The notes beneath the pieces were generated by a model, which was not told the origin of the DNA, searched no databases, and worked only from the letters and a program-made list of their open reading frames with translations. Made by a program: the position numbers and the translations under genes. DNA of 64,000 nt from Raillietiella orientalis (Eukaryota). This document shows positions 36,347 to 49,000 of the stretch, in pieces; positions within the stretch are counted from its first letter, which is position 1; every line of letters begins with the position of its first letter. The stretch lies in contig JAYWIR010000009.1 in NCBI GenBank assembly GCA_036172245.1, positions 4,650,001 through 4,714,000 on the forward strand. The letters run 5' to 3'.

Positions 36347-39154
36347 TTAAGCATCCAGACCTAATTCCTCTAACAAATTATCAATCAATCGAGTTTTTTC
36401 TTTAGCTTCATGTACGTTACTCATAGTTTGAATGTTACTGCTGATGTAATAGCGTATATCATCTATTATAGCAATGGAATCAATTTCTTGCCTATTATGA
36501 ATGGACTGAGCGTCTTGTATAATCAACTGTTGAAATTCCTCATCGTGAATCATCTTTAAGGAGATACATAAATTAAAAGATCAAGTATGTATCTACCTTC
36601 TCAATGTTTTCAGCAATAAATTCAGTACAATAGTTTTCTAAATGCCTTATTTGAAAAAGACGAGCACTCTGAAGAATGTCTACCACATTATTTACATCAG
36701 TTTTTGTCATCAGGAAAGATGCACATTGATGTTTCAATGAGAAAAGCATATACATGTCTGCTGCAACTAGAGTGTCCATAACATTTCTTTCTGTCAACTA
36801 TATACACATAAGACTAATCATCAAAGGAATACATAATTACCTTCACAGTGTTCTGATATATGAACTGTAAAATAATTGCAAATATTTCAGCAGTTACATC
36901 ATTAAGCATAATACATGTTTTGCCATTTTCTTTACTTTCAAAGTTAATTAAGGTGCGAAAATATTCAGATCTTCCACAGAGAAAAACCTTTAAAATAGAA
37001 TTCCTAGATTGCAATGGAAATTAATCTTAATTACTCTGTGACAGGAAAAGTGGTGACCCTCAACATTAAATACAATGTCTACAAAATTCTGAGGCACTTG
37101 AGGTAAAGTGGGCAATTCAAGTCCTCCAATCCATGGACTGAGTTGAAGAGGAAAAGCCTGCTGGAGCAACAATCCAAAGTCATGTGCAACCTCTGTCAAT
37201 GCATGCTCTATCAATAGAGTATGAATATTTGTTCCAGGCTTGCTGCACTCTGCAAGCAATTATTACTTCTATAAAATATTGACACATATACTTTTCAAAT
37301 GCATTACCAAATATTCATTTGTTTATATTCATATGTGTGTATATATATATTTCTTGGTACTTATGTTAATTAAAATTCCAAACCTCCTATATAAAGATGG
37401 AAAGCTTCTACCAAACTTTACACACACAAAAGCTCCAAGTGCAAAGTATATGTTTCAATTTCAGTTATATCTGGTACCATCAGTTAATTCAAACTCATAT
37501 AAGATTATGAAGAATGCAAACTGTTAACATGAATTTAACAAAGTGTATCACAACAAAAACTTATGGAGTCTATCAAACTGCTTAAAGCTAAAGCAGAATA
37601 TTCAGAGTTATATCCAATGTAAAATACTTGGGCCTGGCAAGTAAGTTCGGCATTAAATATTTCTTATTGTTTAGGATAGTAGACTCATTGAGTGATTAAT
37701 ATACAAACATATAAAAAGATGCATATAAAAAAAAAGATTTGTGGAAAAGACACCTGTTCTCACTTTATAATATCAGCAAAGTTCCTAATCCTTTGTGTGA
37801 ATGAAGCAATATCACAATCAAAAGATTTCTATACTGCTACCAAAAGATCAGAATTGGACAATATCAAACGTTAAAAGATACAAAATATTCCCATGTGTTC
37901 ATAAAAAGTGGAAATTCACTATAGCAATCAAAATAAGAATGAGTTTTCATGATTCCAAGGTTCCAAAAATCTGAAATATTGGGAAATCAAATTCGCACCA
38001 TCCCAAAGATGTTTTCTAAATTTGCAACAAAAATAATCAATCATCATCAAAATGACCAGAAAATGGATACCAACCAAATGATCGAACTGTTTCCATCAGT
38101 TTTTCCAGTTGCACTTTCAATTCCAAAAGCTGGCAATGCTTTGCTAATAATATACAGTCTTCCACTTCATCAACATCGATTTGTAAACAACCTGTGTATA
38201 TATACTGCAGAATGGAATGGAAAGCAGAGGAGGTAATCTTGACATGAAACAATGTTTGTCCATGAACCAAATTAAAGAACTCACCAATTTGTTGCTTAAT
38301 TTGACTCTTGTTTTTTCATTCCATCTGCTTTGAAACATATCACAGAAAAAGGCACACCTTGTCCATAAAATACATTTATGGACACGAAAAATCTGCCCAT
38401 GAATATCAAATTCAAAATCAAAATATTCTCCAGTCTCAAGTATTCTGAAAGAAAAATGCGCTCTATTCACTTTGTAGTTTTTGACACAAGACATCTAGCA
38501 TCTCAAAGTGCATGAACAAATACTAAAATAATATAGAAAAAAATGAAGTAACGAAAAAAATGCAAATGCATACAAACCTTTGCAAATAATCTTTAAAACT
38601 GTCTCTGTTCACGGGGGAACGTTGAAACAATTTGTAGTTCTTCAACATGTTTCGTATTTCCGTGTTTAGTGCACCATACAGACATCTTTCACTATCAAAT
38701 GTATTTGCTTCACATTTGGCTCCATGTTCCAATAAATACTTGACCACATCTGTATGCCCACAAAGGCAAGCATAATACCTGGGGTAGGGTTAGAAAAAAA
38801 AAAAAAAAGGGGGCTGGAAATGTTTCCAAATAAATACTTATAGTATTCATGATAAGAACCTCGCAGCATCCCATCAGTCAGCCCTTTTTAAAACATTTCC
38901 CTTAATGATTTGTTCCCTTATTTTTTGGCATTTCTGGCAAAGCGGCAGTGCGCCGTCTCGTGCAGAGACATCCATCCCCCTCACACAAACACTTGAAACA
39001 CTAAAGAAACACACACACACACCTTTACTTACAGCGGGGTCGAGTCCCACGTGTCCCTCACATTTATGTTTACTTCCACTTCTTCAACCAGCCGTTTGAC
39101 ACTTCCCAAATCTCCTGCCTTGCAGCTCTGGTACAAATCCCTGTCCCTATGCAT
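36347..39154 (-). CDS. ABTB1: Ankyrin repeat and BTB/POZ domain-containing protein 1, 8 exons
   Basis: Exons 39154-39033, 38778-38578, 38444-38285, 38237-38075, 37249-37035, 36987-36841, 36797-36597, 36553-36347. Ankyrin region DLYQSCKAGD...NVRDTWDSTPLYYACLCGH...GAKCEANTFDSERCLYGAL; two BTB domains (FRVHKCIL..RC; FSCHRVFLCGRSEYFR); C-terminal DAQSIHNRQEIDSIAIIDDIRY. Confidence 0.96.
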
Positions 39155-39700
39155 GACTAAGCACCTCCATCACCAGGCATCACCGTGCACGGGAACGGTC
39201 TGAATATGCTCAGCTCCCACACTGGGAGGAACGTCGGGAACTACGCATTTTTCCCACCGGGAAAAAAACCTTTCGATTGGGGAACGTGGGCAGGGAGGGA
39301 ACTTCACAGCACACACGGAACTTCCCCACCCCCGCAGGTGCTTCGGGTCTCTCCAGACCGAGATGGGACCGACCACTTCGGCTAGAGTGGGGGGGGGGAG
39401 GGGGGAGGAGCCCTCCTCCTGGCCCCCGGCCGGGCGCGGAAGAGCACCACCGGCCGCCAAGGATGGCTCCACTCGTCGGCCAAAGGGTACTGGAAGCAAG
39501 CCTGCAAAATTTCGAACGACGGGATCATCGGGATTGTGCGGGACTCGCCCTTTTCGGGTGTCCGGAGATTCCTGAGGCTCCTCGGAGACTCTCTTTCGAC
39601 GGGACTTTCCTTTTGAAAGGAAAAAAAAAAAAAAAGCAACCGTCGATTGCCCTCGCAACGTCACAACACTGCAGGAAAGAACTTTCATTAATAGAGAAAG

Positions 39701-40016
39701 AAGTATTTATTTTGAAACATTTCCAGCCCCCTTTTTTTTTTTTTTTTTTTTTTTAATTCTCTCCCAGGTATTACGCTTGCCTTTGTGGACACGCGGATGC
39801 GGTCAAGTATTTATTGGAACATGGAGCCAGATGTGAAGCAAATACATTTGATAGTGAAAGATGTGTGTATGGTGTGCACTTGAAGAGTTAAAAGTTATTT
39901 CAACGTTTCCCCGTGAACAGAGACAGTTTTAAAGGTTATTTGCAAAGGTTTGTATGCATTTAGAATTTTGTTTTTTTTTTATATTGCTTTATTTTTCTTC
40001 TTTTTAACATTTGTTC
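39701..40016 (+). pseudogene. Inverted duplicate of ABTB1 exon 2 with flanking intron sequence
   Basis: Reverse complement of 38514-38839, including the polypyrimidine tract, acceptor (39767) and donor. Translates YYACLCGHADAVKYLLEHGARCEANTFDSERCVYG, then has an internal deletion and a stop. Confidence 0.93.
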
Positions 40017-40780
40017 CTCTACTCTAGAGCAGCAGATTCATAGATCTCCGCGGATGCTGTTTGCAGCTGCACTGGAAGGAAGGTTTGCTGGGCGAAGCGC
40101 AGCAACGCGGCAGGAAGAACGCAAAGACGCCACCACAAGTCCAGTGGTCGAAGACCACTTGTGATGAACTGGCACTCCCTGGTGCTCCTCGACGATCCGT
40201 AATCCCTCTCCAGAAAGGCAAGGAAAGCGTTGCGAATAAATCGCCAAGTTAGGGTGGCCAGGACCCTTAAGGTCACCATTAAAGAACTCGAAACCCAGCC
40301 ACGTTGCCCCATTCCACCTCGTCGTTCCGCTGGGTGATATGCCATGAGGGGAAAAAAAATAAAAAATAAAAACACATCAGAAACCATTTGCTTTTTTTTT
40401 TCTCTCCTGTTTTCATCTTGATTTCCTATGGGAAACTTGAATGCTGTGTAATGCCGCCGTCTTATGGCGTTCTGTAAAGCTCCCTGAAAATCGGAATCTC
40501 TAGCTTAGCTGCTACAGGTGCACATCCGGTTGCTCAGTGATTTTCTTCCCTGAGTATTTTTCTCTGTCTTCTTTCGATGCTGCTTCTAAAAATTCCTTCG
40601 AAGATATAAAAACTCGTAAGAAATAAACTGAAGAAAGATAACACTTTCAAAAAGCACACGCGGCTACGGCATGGATTCACACAAGCTATGGCGGCCGCGG
40701 CGATCTTGTAGATCCCAGCTTCCTCGAGAATTGCAACCGCGAGGCTGCGTCTGGAACAAATACATCTGATGCAGTATAGG

Positions 40781-41400
40781 GGGGCTGAAATCGCCTGCCC
40801 CAGTCCCCGCCTGCTGCCGGGGTCACGGACGGTGACACCGGGGCGGGAGAGGTCGAGACTGCGGCCTTCCATCCCTGGGATCACCGGTGCGAACGAGCGG
40901 GAGAGAAGGGAGGACGACGACGACGGCCGCAAAAGCAGATCGATTTCGAATAACTTAATCCTTTTGATCTGGGAGTGGTACCGTGCCCTTTGACCCTTGT
41001 GCCACTACTCCACATGTACATGATGATGCCATCATTACGGAAGAAAATTATCCACCCAACAAGGGATGCAGTACACAGTTCTCGTACAATGCGAAAAATC
41101 AAGGATCAAGAGATGGAAAGATCCAGCCTCCCCGAATTCAAACCGGCTGGCAAAAATTGAAATTTTCGCGCGGACACGTCTCAGCGGATGTCGTTTATCT
41201 CTTGCAGCGACGTGGCAACGGAGGGAGGGAAAGTGGGGCAGAGGAAGGTGCCGGAGGCCTCATCGGTGGACCGGCACCCTCGGGATCGAATCTAGGAGCG
41301 CCTTCGGAGAGGGAGGGGTCGCGGAAGGCGGAGACCCTCAACCCACCGGTATTCATCCTGGAAGGCGCGCCGCAGGCGCTTCCTGGCGGAGGGCAGGTCG
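40781..41400 (-). repeat. Local duplicate of part of the C12orf56-like last intron and penultimate exon (source 43642-44048), interrupted by unrelated sequence at ~40931-41215
   Basis: 40781-40930 is nearly identical to 43642-43791, and 41218-41398 to 43868-44048, including LPSARKRLRRAFQDEYR and the gtgggt donor. Confidence 0.93.
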
Positions 41401-43068
41401 CTGCTCCGTCGCGATGGTGATCCGCGATCCCGTGGGCGGGGAAAGGGCGGGGTACTCCGCTGATCGGGTTGTGTCGCCGCAGATACCAGTACGGCTCCTT
41501 CGAGGACCCCGCCCCGAGCCGTTTCAAAACGGCGTACCACAAGGCCTCCGCCCTCCGCAGGGGCCGGAAGGAGGTCGTGGGCAATGTGGCGCGAGGCTCA
41601 CCCGCGTAAAAGGAGGGAGGGGGGAGAGACGGACCAACGGGGACACGCGTGCGGAGGAGCAGCGGTCCAGTCTCGTCGTGAGCGAGCGACGAGGAAAACG
41701 CGAGAAATGTCCTACGGCTTCACACACGGGGTGACAGGGCGAGAGAGCGGAGCAGGTGGTGGTGGCGGTGGTAGACGGCGGCAGCAGGGGGTGAGCTGCG
41801 GCAATGGCGGTGAATTGCCGGGACAGGAAAGCTTCGCTGATCTTCCGTTGGGATGCATCGGGCTCGGACGAGACTCCCGCGTCCCAGGAAGGGCGGAGTG
41901 CGCACGAAATTCCCAGCTCGACACCAAGTCCTCCATGGAGCAGCGACAGGGATTTCTTCTTTCTTTGCGGGATGCCAGATGCCCGCATCCCAGGACTACC
42001 CTTCTCCACTCCCTTTTTTTATTTCTCTCCGTCCCGAGGACCGTCGCCGATGAGTCGCGTTTTCCCGTGCGTCCTCCTCCTCCTCCGCGCATCCCTCCGT
42101 CCGAGAAAAACCCGCGCGTGACACTCCTGCCGTCGGTTGGACGTTGGGCACCGCGGTACGAGCCCCTGGGTGCAGGCTGTACTCCCTACTCCCCCCCCCC
42201 CTGCATGTCACTTGCCGATCCGATTTTTCCCTGGCGCCTGCAACTAGCTCTCGTCGCTTCGGGCAACAACATTAGGTCGCTCCGTAGGAGAGCCGCCTCG
42301 TCATGTGCACGGGTCGTGCCTACAGAGTCCCTTACTCTCCCCTCAGGGTCACACGCGTAGTTCGTGCCAAGACGGCAGGGCGCTCCGCGCGGGCCGGAGG
42401 GACCCAGGAGGGTCTCTCTGGGAGACCCACCGTGAGAGGGAGGGTTGGCGAACTTCCCCCCGGGCGGCGGCGGCGCGGGGAAGCAGCCGGGCCCGGGGCG
42501 CTGGAAGGGGGGGTAGGGTGACGGGGGAGCTGAAGCCGCACTCCGGCTTCGGTTGGTGGAGCCGCCCGGCGGCGATGGACGGAAATTTCCTGCGAGGAGT
42601 CTGGCCGCCGTCGGCGCTCGGAGAAGAGGCGACCTTGGTTCCGCTCCACGTGCGGAGCTCGGAGGGCCGGAACAAAAGCTCGGTCCTCCACCACCACCTC
42701 TAGGGAGGGGAAGAGGACAGGGAGATGAGCGCGGCGACCTCCTTCCCCGCTTCGCTACATCCTCTCCAGGAGAAAAGAAAAGGGAAAGGAACGTCGTGAG
42801 CCATCGATACCCCCAAGGTGCCGGACGCGCGCTCTCCAAACTTTTCATGCGCCTTGGCTGGTACGTAAAAAGTCTCCACCCCACCACCCCCCTACCCCCG
42901 TCCCCTTTAACTTCCGTCTCCTGCTGCTCGTTGGGCGCCTTGGAGGCGGAGCTCTCTGCCCGGAAGAGCCGCCTGGCGGCAGGTGGCGCTCTCCTTTCTT
43001 TCGCTTCTTCTTGCTGTTGTTCTTCTCCCCCCCCCTCCGCCTCCAGCGCTGGCGGCACGCCACATCCG

Positions 43069-46000
43069 TCACAGCGCCGTCTCCTGGGCAGCGCCATCGC
43101 GCTTGACTGTCGGCGAAGCCTCTCCCGGCTCCAGCTGCTCCCTCAGCCCGTCCAGGCAGGATAGCAGGCAGTTCCTCAGAGGGAAGCGGCCGCAGACGCT
43201 CCGCTCCAGAACGGACGCCCTCAGGAAGTACCTGGAGAGAGGCAGAGGAGGAGAGGGAAGACATCCTTCAGATCCTCCTCCTGTCCCAGCCCCACCCCAG
43301 CCCCCCAGGAGCACCGTCGCCGCCCCCCTTCCAGTGCTGCGTTCAACGAGCAGCAGGAGATCGTTCGCTGCTGATCTCTGACCAGCTCGCCCAGGAAGAG
43401 CCACGGGGGTGCGATAGAATATCGGTCCGAAGCTGTCCCGACCCCGCGAAGAGTGTCCTGACTCTGAGATTCCCTCGGGAACGCTCCCCACCTGTCCAGC
43501 TCAGAAACGGGACCTCCAGGAACGGAGGAGGGGGAGAAGGGGGAGGAGAAAGGGAGGAAGAGGAGGAGGAAGGGAAGAAAAAAGGAGAAAAGGAGAAAGA
43601 GATACCTCTTTGATGATGAGAACCTCACTATCGCTACTGAAGGGAGCTGAAATCGCCTGCCCCAGTCCCCGCCTGCTGCCGGGGTCACGGACGGTGACAC
43701 CGGGGCGGGAGAGGTCGAGACTGCGGCCTTCCATCCCTGGGATCACCGGTGCGAGCGAGCGGGAGAGAAGGGAGGACGACGACGACGGCCGCAGTTCGTC
43801 TCGGCCCACGGTTGCCGTGGAGACTGAGTCGGGAGCGCGTGTGGGCGCTGGCGCGCGCGACGGGGCCACGGAGGGAAGGAAAGTGGGGCAGAGGAAGGTG
43901 CCGGAGGCCTCATCGGTGGACCGGCACCCTCGGGATCGAATCTAGGAGCGCCTTCGGAGAGGGAGGGGTCGCGGAAGGCGGAGACCCTCAACCCACCGGT
44001 ATTCATCCTGGAAGGCGCGCCGCAGGCGTTTCCTGGCGGAGGGCAGGTTGTCACAGAGGTAGTGGATGACGTAGACGTATTTGAAGACGCCTTCGCCGAG
44101 GCTGCGGTCCACAGGGGGGGACCGCGCCGCAAGACTCCGGGAGAGGCCGAGGGACCGCCTGACGTACGCGTCGACGAAGTTCACCTGGAGGAAGGAGGAG
44201 GCCTTGGACAGAGAGGAAGGAAGAGAGAGGTGGCGGCAACAGTGACGACGGGGGAGGGGAGGGAAAGAAAGTGGAGAGTGGGGGCAGGACCCTCCCGCGT
44301 CTCTGCCTTACCTGCCGCGTGTCCGCCGGCCCCACCCGTCCGAGCTCGATGCGGAACTGCTCGAAGACCAGGAATAGCTGGAACAGCGCGAAGACGGATC
44401 CGTCCAACAGCGCCCGGACGGACCTCTCCTGCTGCAATGGAAGAACGGAGAGTCATCAGGGGGACTTCCGTGTGGGGTGCAGAGGGGCAGGAAGAGAATA
44501 TCTGGCGGCCGCGAGCGCGGTACTTTCAAACCTCCTTTGCCCTCATCTCCCTCTCGGAGGGGGATCTCTGCCCCCCTGTGAAGTGTCCGTAACCAATCTT
44601 TGGGTCGGGCGGCCGGGGTCACAGTGCACTCCGACGCGCCTGACCCTGACCCTCCCCGACTACATTACCGGGAAAAAAACAAAAAACATCCTCTCCGTCA
44701 TCAACCCTGACCTTCTCAATCCCCTCAGGATGCGACTCCCTTAGCAATCCCACATTCTCCTGAGAGGCACACAGTGGTCCTCATCCTCGCCACTTTAGCC
44801 ATGCCCGTCCCGGACGCACCGCCCAGACAAGTGGAACCCCTGTGCACCCTCCCCACCCCATTCCGCAAACCGATAGGGAATCAATGCGCCATCCTTCGTA
44901 CTACTCTCCCAAGCCAACCCCAGTCCCCTACTCGCACCATTTCATCCTCAGCAGTCATCACCATCAACCCCCCCCCTCCTCTTTAATGCCTAGTGACCTT
45001 TTGCCCTACTTAAGCTGAGAATGGGGACGGGAGGAAAGGAATGGAGGAGGGGAGGAGGAGGATGAAAAGGAAGAAAAGGGAGAGAGGAAGAGGAGGGGAG
45101 GGAGGGATGATGAAGAAGAGAAGGAAGGGAGAAGCAGGAATGGAGAAAGGAAAGGAAAAAAGGAATTGAAGATGGAAAGAGGAGGATTGAAAAGGAGAGG
45201 AGGAGGAAGAGAGGAGGACAGATCTTCTCGTGACCCCGCGCGTGACATCTCCAGCCTTCACCGACTTCCAGCACTCGAAGTCACGCAGTCCGCAGAGCAG
45301 CCGGTCATTTCCTCGCCACGCGTCTCCTCTCCTGTCCAAATCCCGTTCGTGCCTCCAGAGTCCCCTTCAGCCCGAGGTCTTCCACCGCGCGTTCCGAGGG
45401 CCTCGAAAGCTGCCACCTCAGGCGAGGTTCTCCGGCTCGAAAGTCTCTCCCATATTGTTCCTCCTGGGAGTGGAGAAACCCGCTCGAGAAAGAGAAGGAA
45501 GCGGTCCGCAGACTGAGGGTGGCTAGTGCGTGCGACCTGAGGTGTCTCCTGCTTTCGAACTTTGCGATCGTCTTGACCATCCGAATATTTCGGAAGCGAT
45601 TCTTCTGCATCCATGTGCTGCACCCTCTCCTGCACCAGGTCTCACGCCGACACCTCCTCTCCGTTGCACCTGGCAACCGCCCCTTCCGTCTTCCTAGAGC
45701 CGCTTGGATCAGCCCCCTCGCAAAGAGCAGCAAAACAAAAACATCGCGTCCCGGGCGTCCTCGTGTCTCCCAAATTCCCTGAGCAATGACATCATGCTCA
45801 GGATACGCCCCCCCCCCCTTCCGCGAGGACAAAATTCAGGACTACTGCGGTCATCGCCAGCCGCCACGCCTCCATGTCGCGCTCACAACCCGACCTCGTC
45901 GCTCCCTCCCTATGAGGAAATTCCTTGTTTTTTTTTTTTTTCATCCCGTCGCTTCACTCTCTTTATTCACGATCCTCTCAGCATGAGCGGTCCTCACCCA

Positions 46001-49000
46001 TCGCGCCGCCAACACCTCCGCTCCACTCGAACAGACAAGTCCGTCAACCCCTCAGGCGATCAAATGACCCCTGGAGGTGCTCCCATCCCAACACCGTCAA
46101 CATGATGAGCCAACTGCAGCCATCCTTCGGGCTCCTCACGGCAAACCACAAGCCCTACGAAACCGCACGCGTCGATCTACCGCAGTGGCAGACACTCGAA
46201 ATTGATCGCTTCGACCCTACCAGTCCATCTCCACCTCACCTCCCTAAAGCGACTGCCTACCATAGAGTCCCAACCCCGTGGACGACGGACCTCCCATTCC
46301 CGTAAAACCGAAAAAAATCGCAAGGCAGACGATTGGCTCCCGGCTGTACATCGTCATCGCCCTCATTAAAACCCACACCCCACTCCCCAGCCCATACCTG
46401 CCGGCACCAACCACAATCCTTCCTTCCTTCCTTTAAAAGGGCCATCACGCACATCTCATGAGAACATCTGAGCCACAGAACGCACCGCATCAACCCTGCG
46501 TGTCGCTTCCCTTCCCCCTATTTGTCGACTCATCCCAACATCCCACCAGTCGGACAACAAAGCAAAAGCGGTGACCCCACCCATAGTATCGGTCACTCTT
46601 CAATCCCTCAGACACGTCCCTACGTCTCAAGACAACCAGGGGCCTCAATTTGTTGCCCGCTCCAGTTTGTCTCTATCAGCTCGAAAATCCCCAATTCCCC
46701 ACCTCGCATGGCCACCTCACGTGGCTGCCCACCACCCAGAACCTGACCCTCGGACCACTGCAACACACCTCTTCAGCCCTACTCCAACGAAGAGCTTTCC
46801 AATCTTTGACAGGTTTGCGTCAGAAGAATACTCCAACGTCTTAGCAGTACGGTGGCGATGCTATCCGTTGGCATTCGCTGTTATACGGGCGCCATGGACG
46901 ATGTGATAGCATTTGTAAAAGATGTACAATGTATATGAAAACGTCATCACGGCAGAATGCTTGTTCTTTCACTTTGGAATTTGAAGGGAAGGAAATTAAA
47001 AGTATCATCTATTAATTAACTTGAAGTGAAAAAAAAAGGGGGGGGGGAGGCTTTTCGAGTTTTATCGATATTCTCGTCCTCCTTGCTGGGAAATGCATCT
47101 TCTTGCGCCATTTTTCATTCAGGAGAGCCGAATTCAACCTGCTTAGGTCATACATCCGTATTTCTCTTTTTTTGAAAAAAAAAAAAAAAAAAACGGAGGA
47201 AGAAGGGAAAAGAGAAGCCCCCCTCCTTCTCCTTTCAAAAAGAAAGAAAGAAAGAAAGCTCAACTGTCCCTCGACCAGGAAACGGAAATTCGCCCGCAGG
47301 GGGGGGCTGGGGCCGCTGGCTGGCTGGCTGGCTGACGGCGCCGCACGAGGTCCGTGTACGAGGTCGCGTTGTACGAGTCCGCGTTTCATTGCGGTGGTCT
47401 GCCGTGTTTTTTGCCCGTTTCGGGACTTCGAGCACCACCACGTGTCAGATGCGTATGAACTCTGCCCTGCGAAAACGCCAAATAGTAGAAAACGAAATAG
47501 AATGAAATGCGCGTGAGAAGCGTCCGGCAGCTCGGTTCTGCTCGGAGTCGAGAATTTTTCTTCGTGGAAGAAAAGCGGAAGGCTGCGTTCGTACGCTTCT
47601 GCGAGGTCAGCTGCACCGCGGCTACGGAACAAATTCATCCTGGAGAGGCGCCTCACTTCCGAGTCGGAAGACATGGCGAGGGAGGCTGCGAGCGAGATCA
47701 GGGCGCGTGCGGCCCGAAACGAAGCCCTGACCTGCGTCAGCGGGTTCATCAGGAAGAGCTCGGGTCCAGCGGCCTCTGCGCGAGCTCCGCGGTCGGAGTG
47801 CGCGCTGCTGCATCCTAAACCCCACGCTCCCGGATGGACGTTCGTCAAAGAATACTCTGCAGCGGCTGCCGATACCTCGAGCCCAGACGGTGCTCACTGG
47901 TTCCCGAAATGCTGAGTTGCTCCTGCCGGCGCGGCAGAATGGACCAACTCCACCCCTCTGCGCTTGAGAAACGCGAAAGTATCTCATGCTCTTCTTCTCT
48001 GCACTTGCCGAGAAAAGCATCTTGAACCGCAGCGTCCAGGTTCCGTTGAAGGAGTGGGCAAAGAGTTTTCGGAAGATTGACTCCCGTTTAAGTACTGCCT
48101 CGGGGAAAGATTTGCCCACGGAATTAGCAGCCACGAAGAGGAAGTGGTCAGAGAGAGAACTCCGTCAGCGTGTTGAAAGGAAGGTCTCTCGGCGTTACCG
48201 AAAGAGAGAGGAGGAAGCTTAGCGTCAAAATCCAGCAAGTTCACTGTTCCACCACCACCGCATCCTACGAGAAGAGCATCCTCGGGACCAGTAGCTCAAC
48301 CGCTTGCGCGGTGACGTCCGTCGTGACCAGATGCGGAATGCGTTTCGTTACAGAGGCGGTCTCGACTGATGGTTCCATCTGAGGCTGCAGGTCCTCTTCT
48401 GCGTCATTCCCGCGTCAGATGGCTCCGCAGAGCACAGATATCAAAACGCTTCTGGCAACTCGAAGAGAAGCCGAACTTCTTCGTTCATGGACATGAAAGG
48501 AAATGTAATTGCTGCCGGTGCTGAGGAGGACCTTTCGTTTCTCGAAGACGTCGACGTCCGTTCATCGGGACAGCAAACTTCGACGCTCCATGCTGTTGTC
48601 CATCAACTCGTTCCGCTGCGGCACCACCCTGCCCTTCCGAGCGAAACTCGAAGCAGCCGGCTTCTTCGGGACGGATTCCCCACACCCAGCCACACGGCCG
48701 CCAATGCGCCCGGCATGAAAACATGGGAGAGATGTGTGACACACGGGGAGGAATGTCGCAAGGACTCTCGGAGAAGGGGGCCGAAAGCAGGTCTGGAACG
48801 TCCAACGAAACGAGGATCGAAATGCGACCACGCCCTGCTTTGTCCTCCTCAGCGCAACCGAGGATAACAGCAGCTGGCGTTCTCAGCAGCACGGGTGGGT
48901 CATCTCACAAGTTGAGGCGATCGCTTCGGACGCGCACCGTTTCCTTTTTTGTCGCGTAGCACTTCTGCGACCGCGAACAGGGCGAGTTTTTCACACACCA

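Noticed and set aside
24800..39200. AT-rich block as contamination, horizontal transfer or misjoin
   Set aside because: The genes are ordinary metazoan genes, ~53-nt introns also occur in the GC-rich C12orf56-like gene, and an ABTB1 copy lies in the GC-rich flank, tying both regimes to one locus. Not formally excluded without reads.
45020..45220. GGA/GAA purine tracts (also 370-450, 7840-7925, 11700-11790, 43520-43600) as functional arrays or CRISPR-like repeats
   Set aside because: Low-complexity sequence with no fixed repeat-spacer periodicity.
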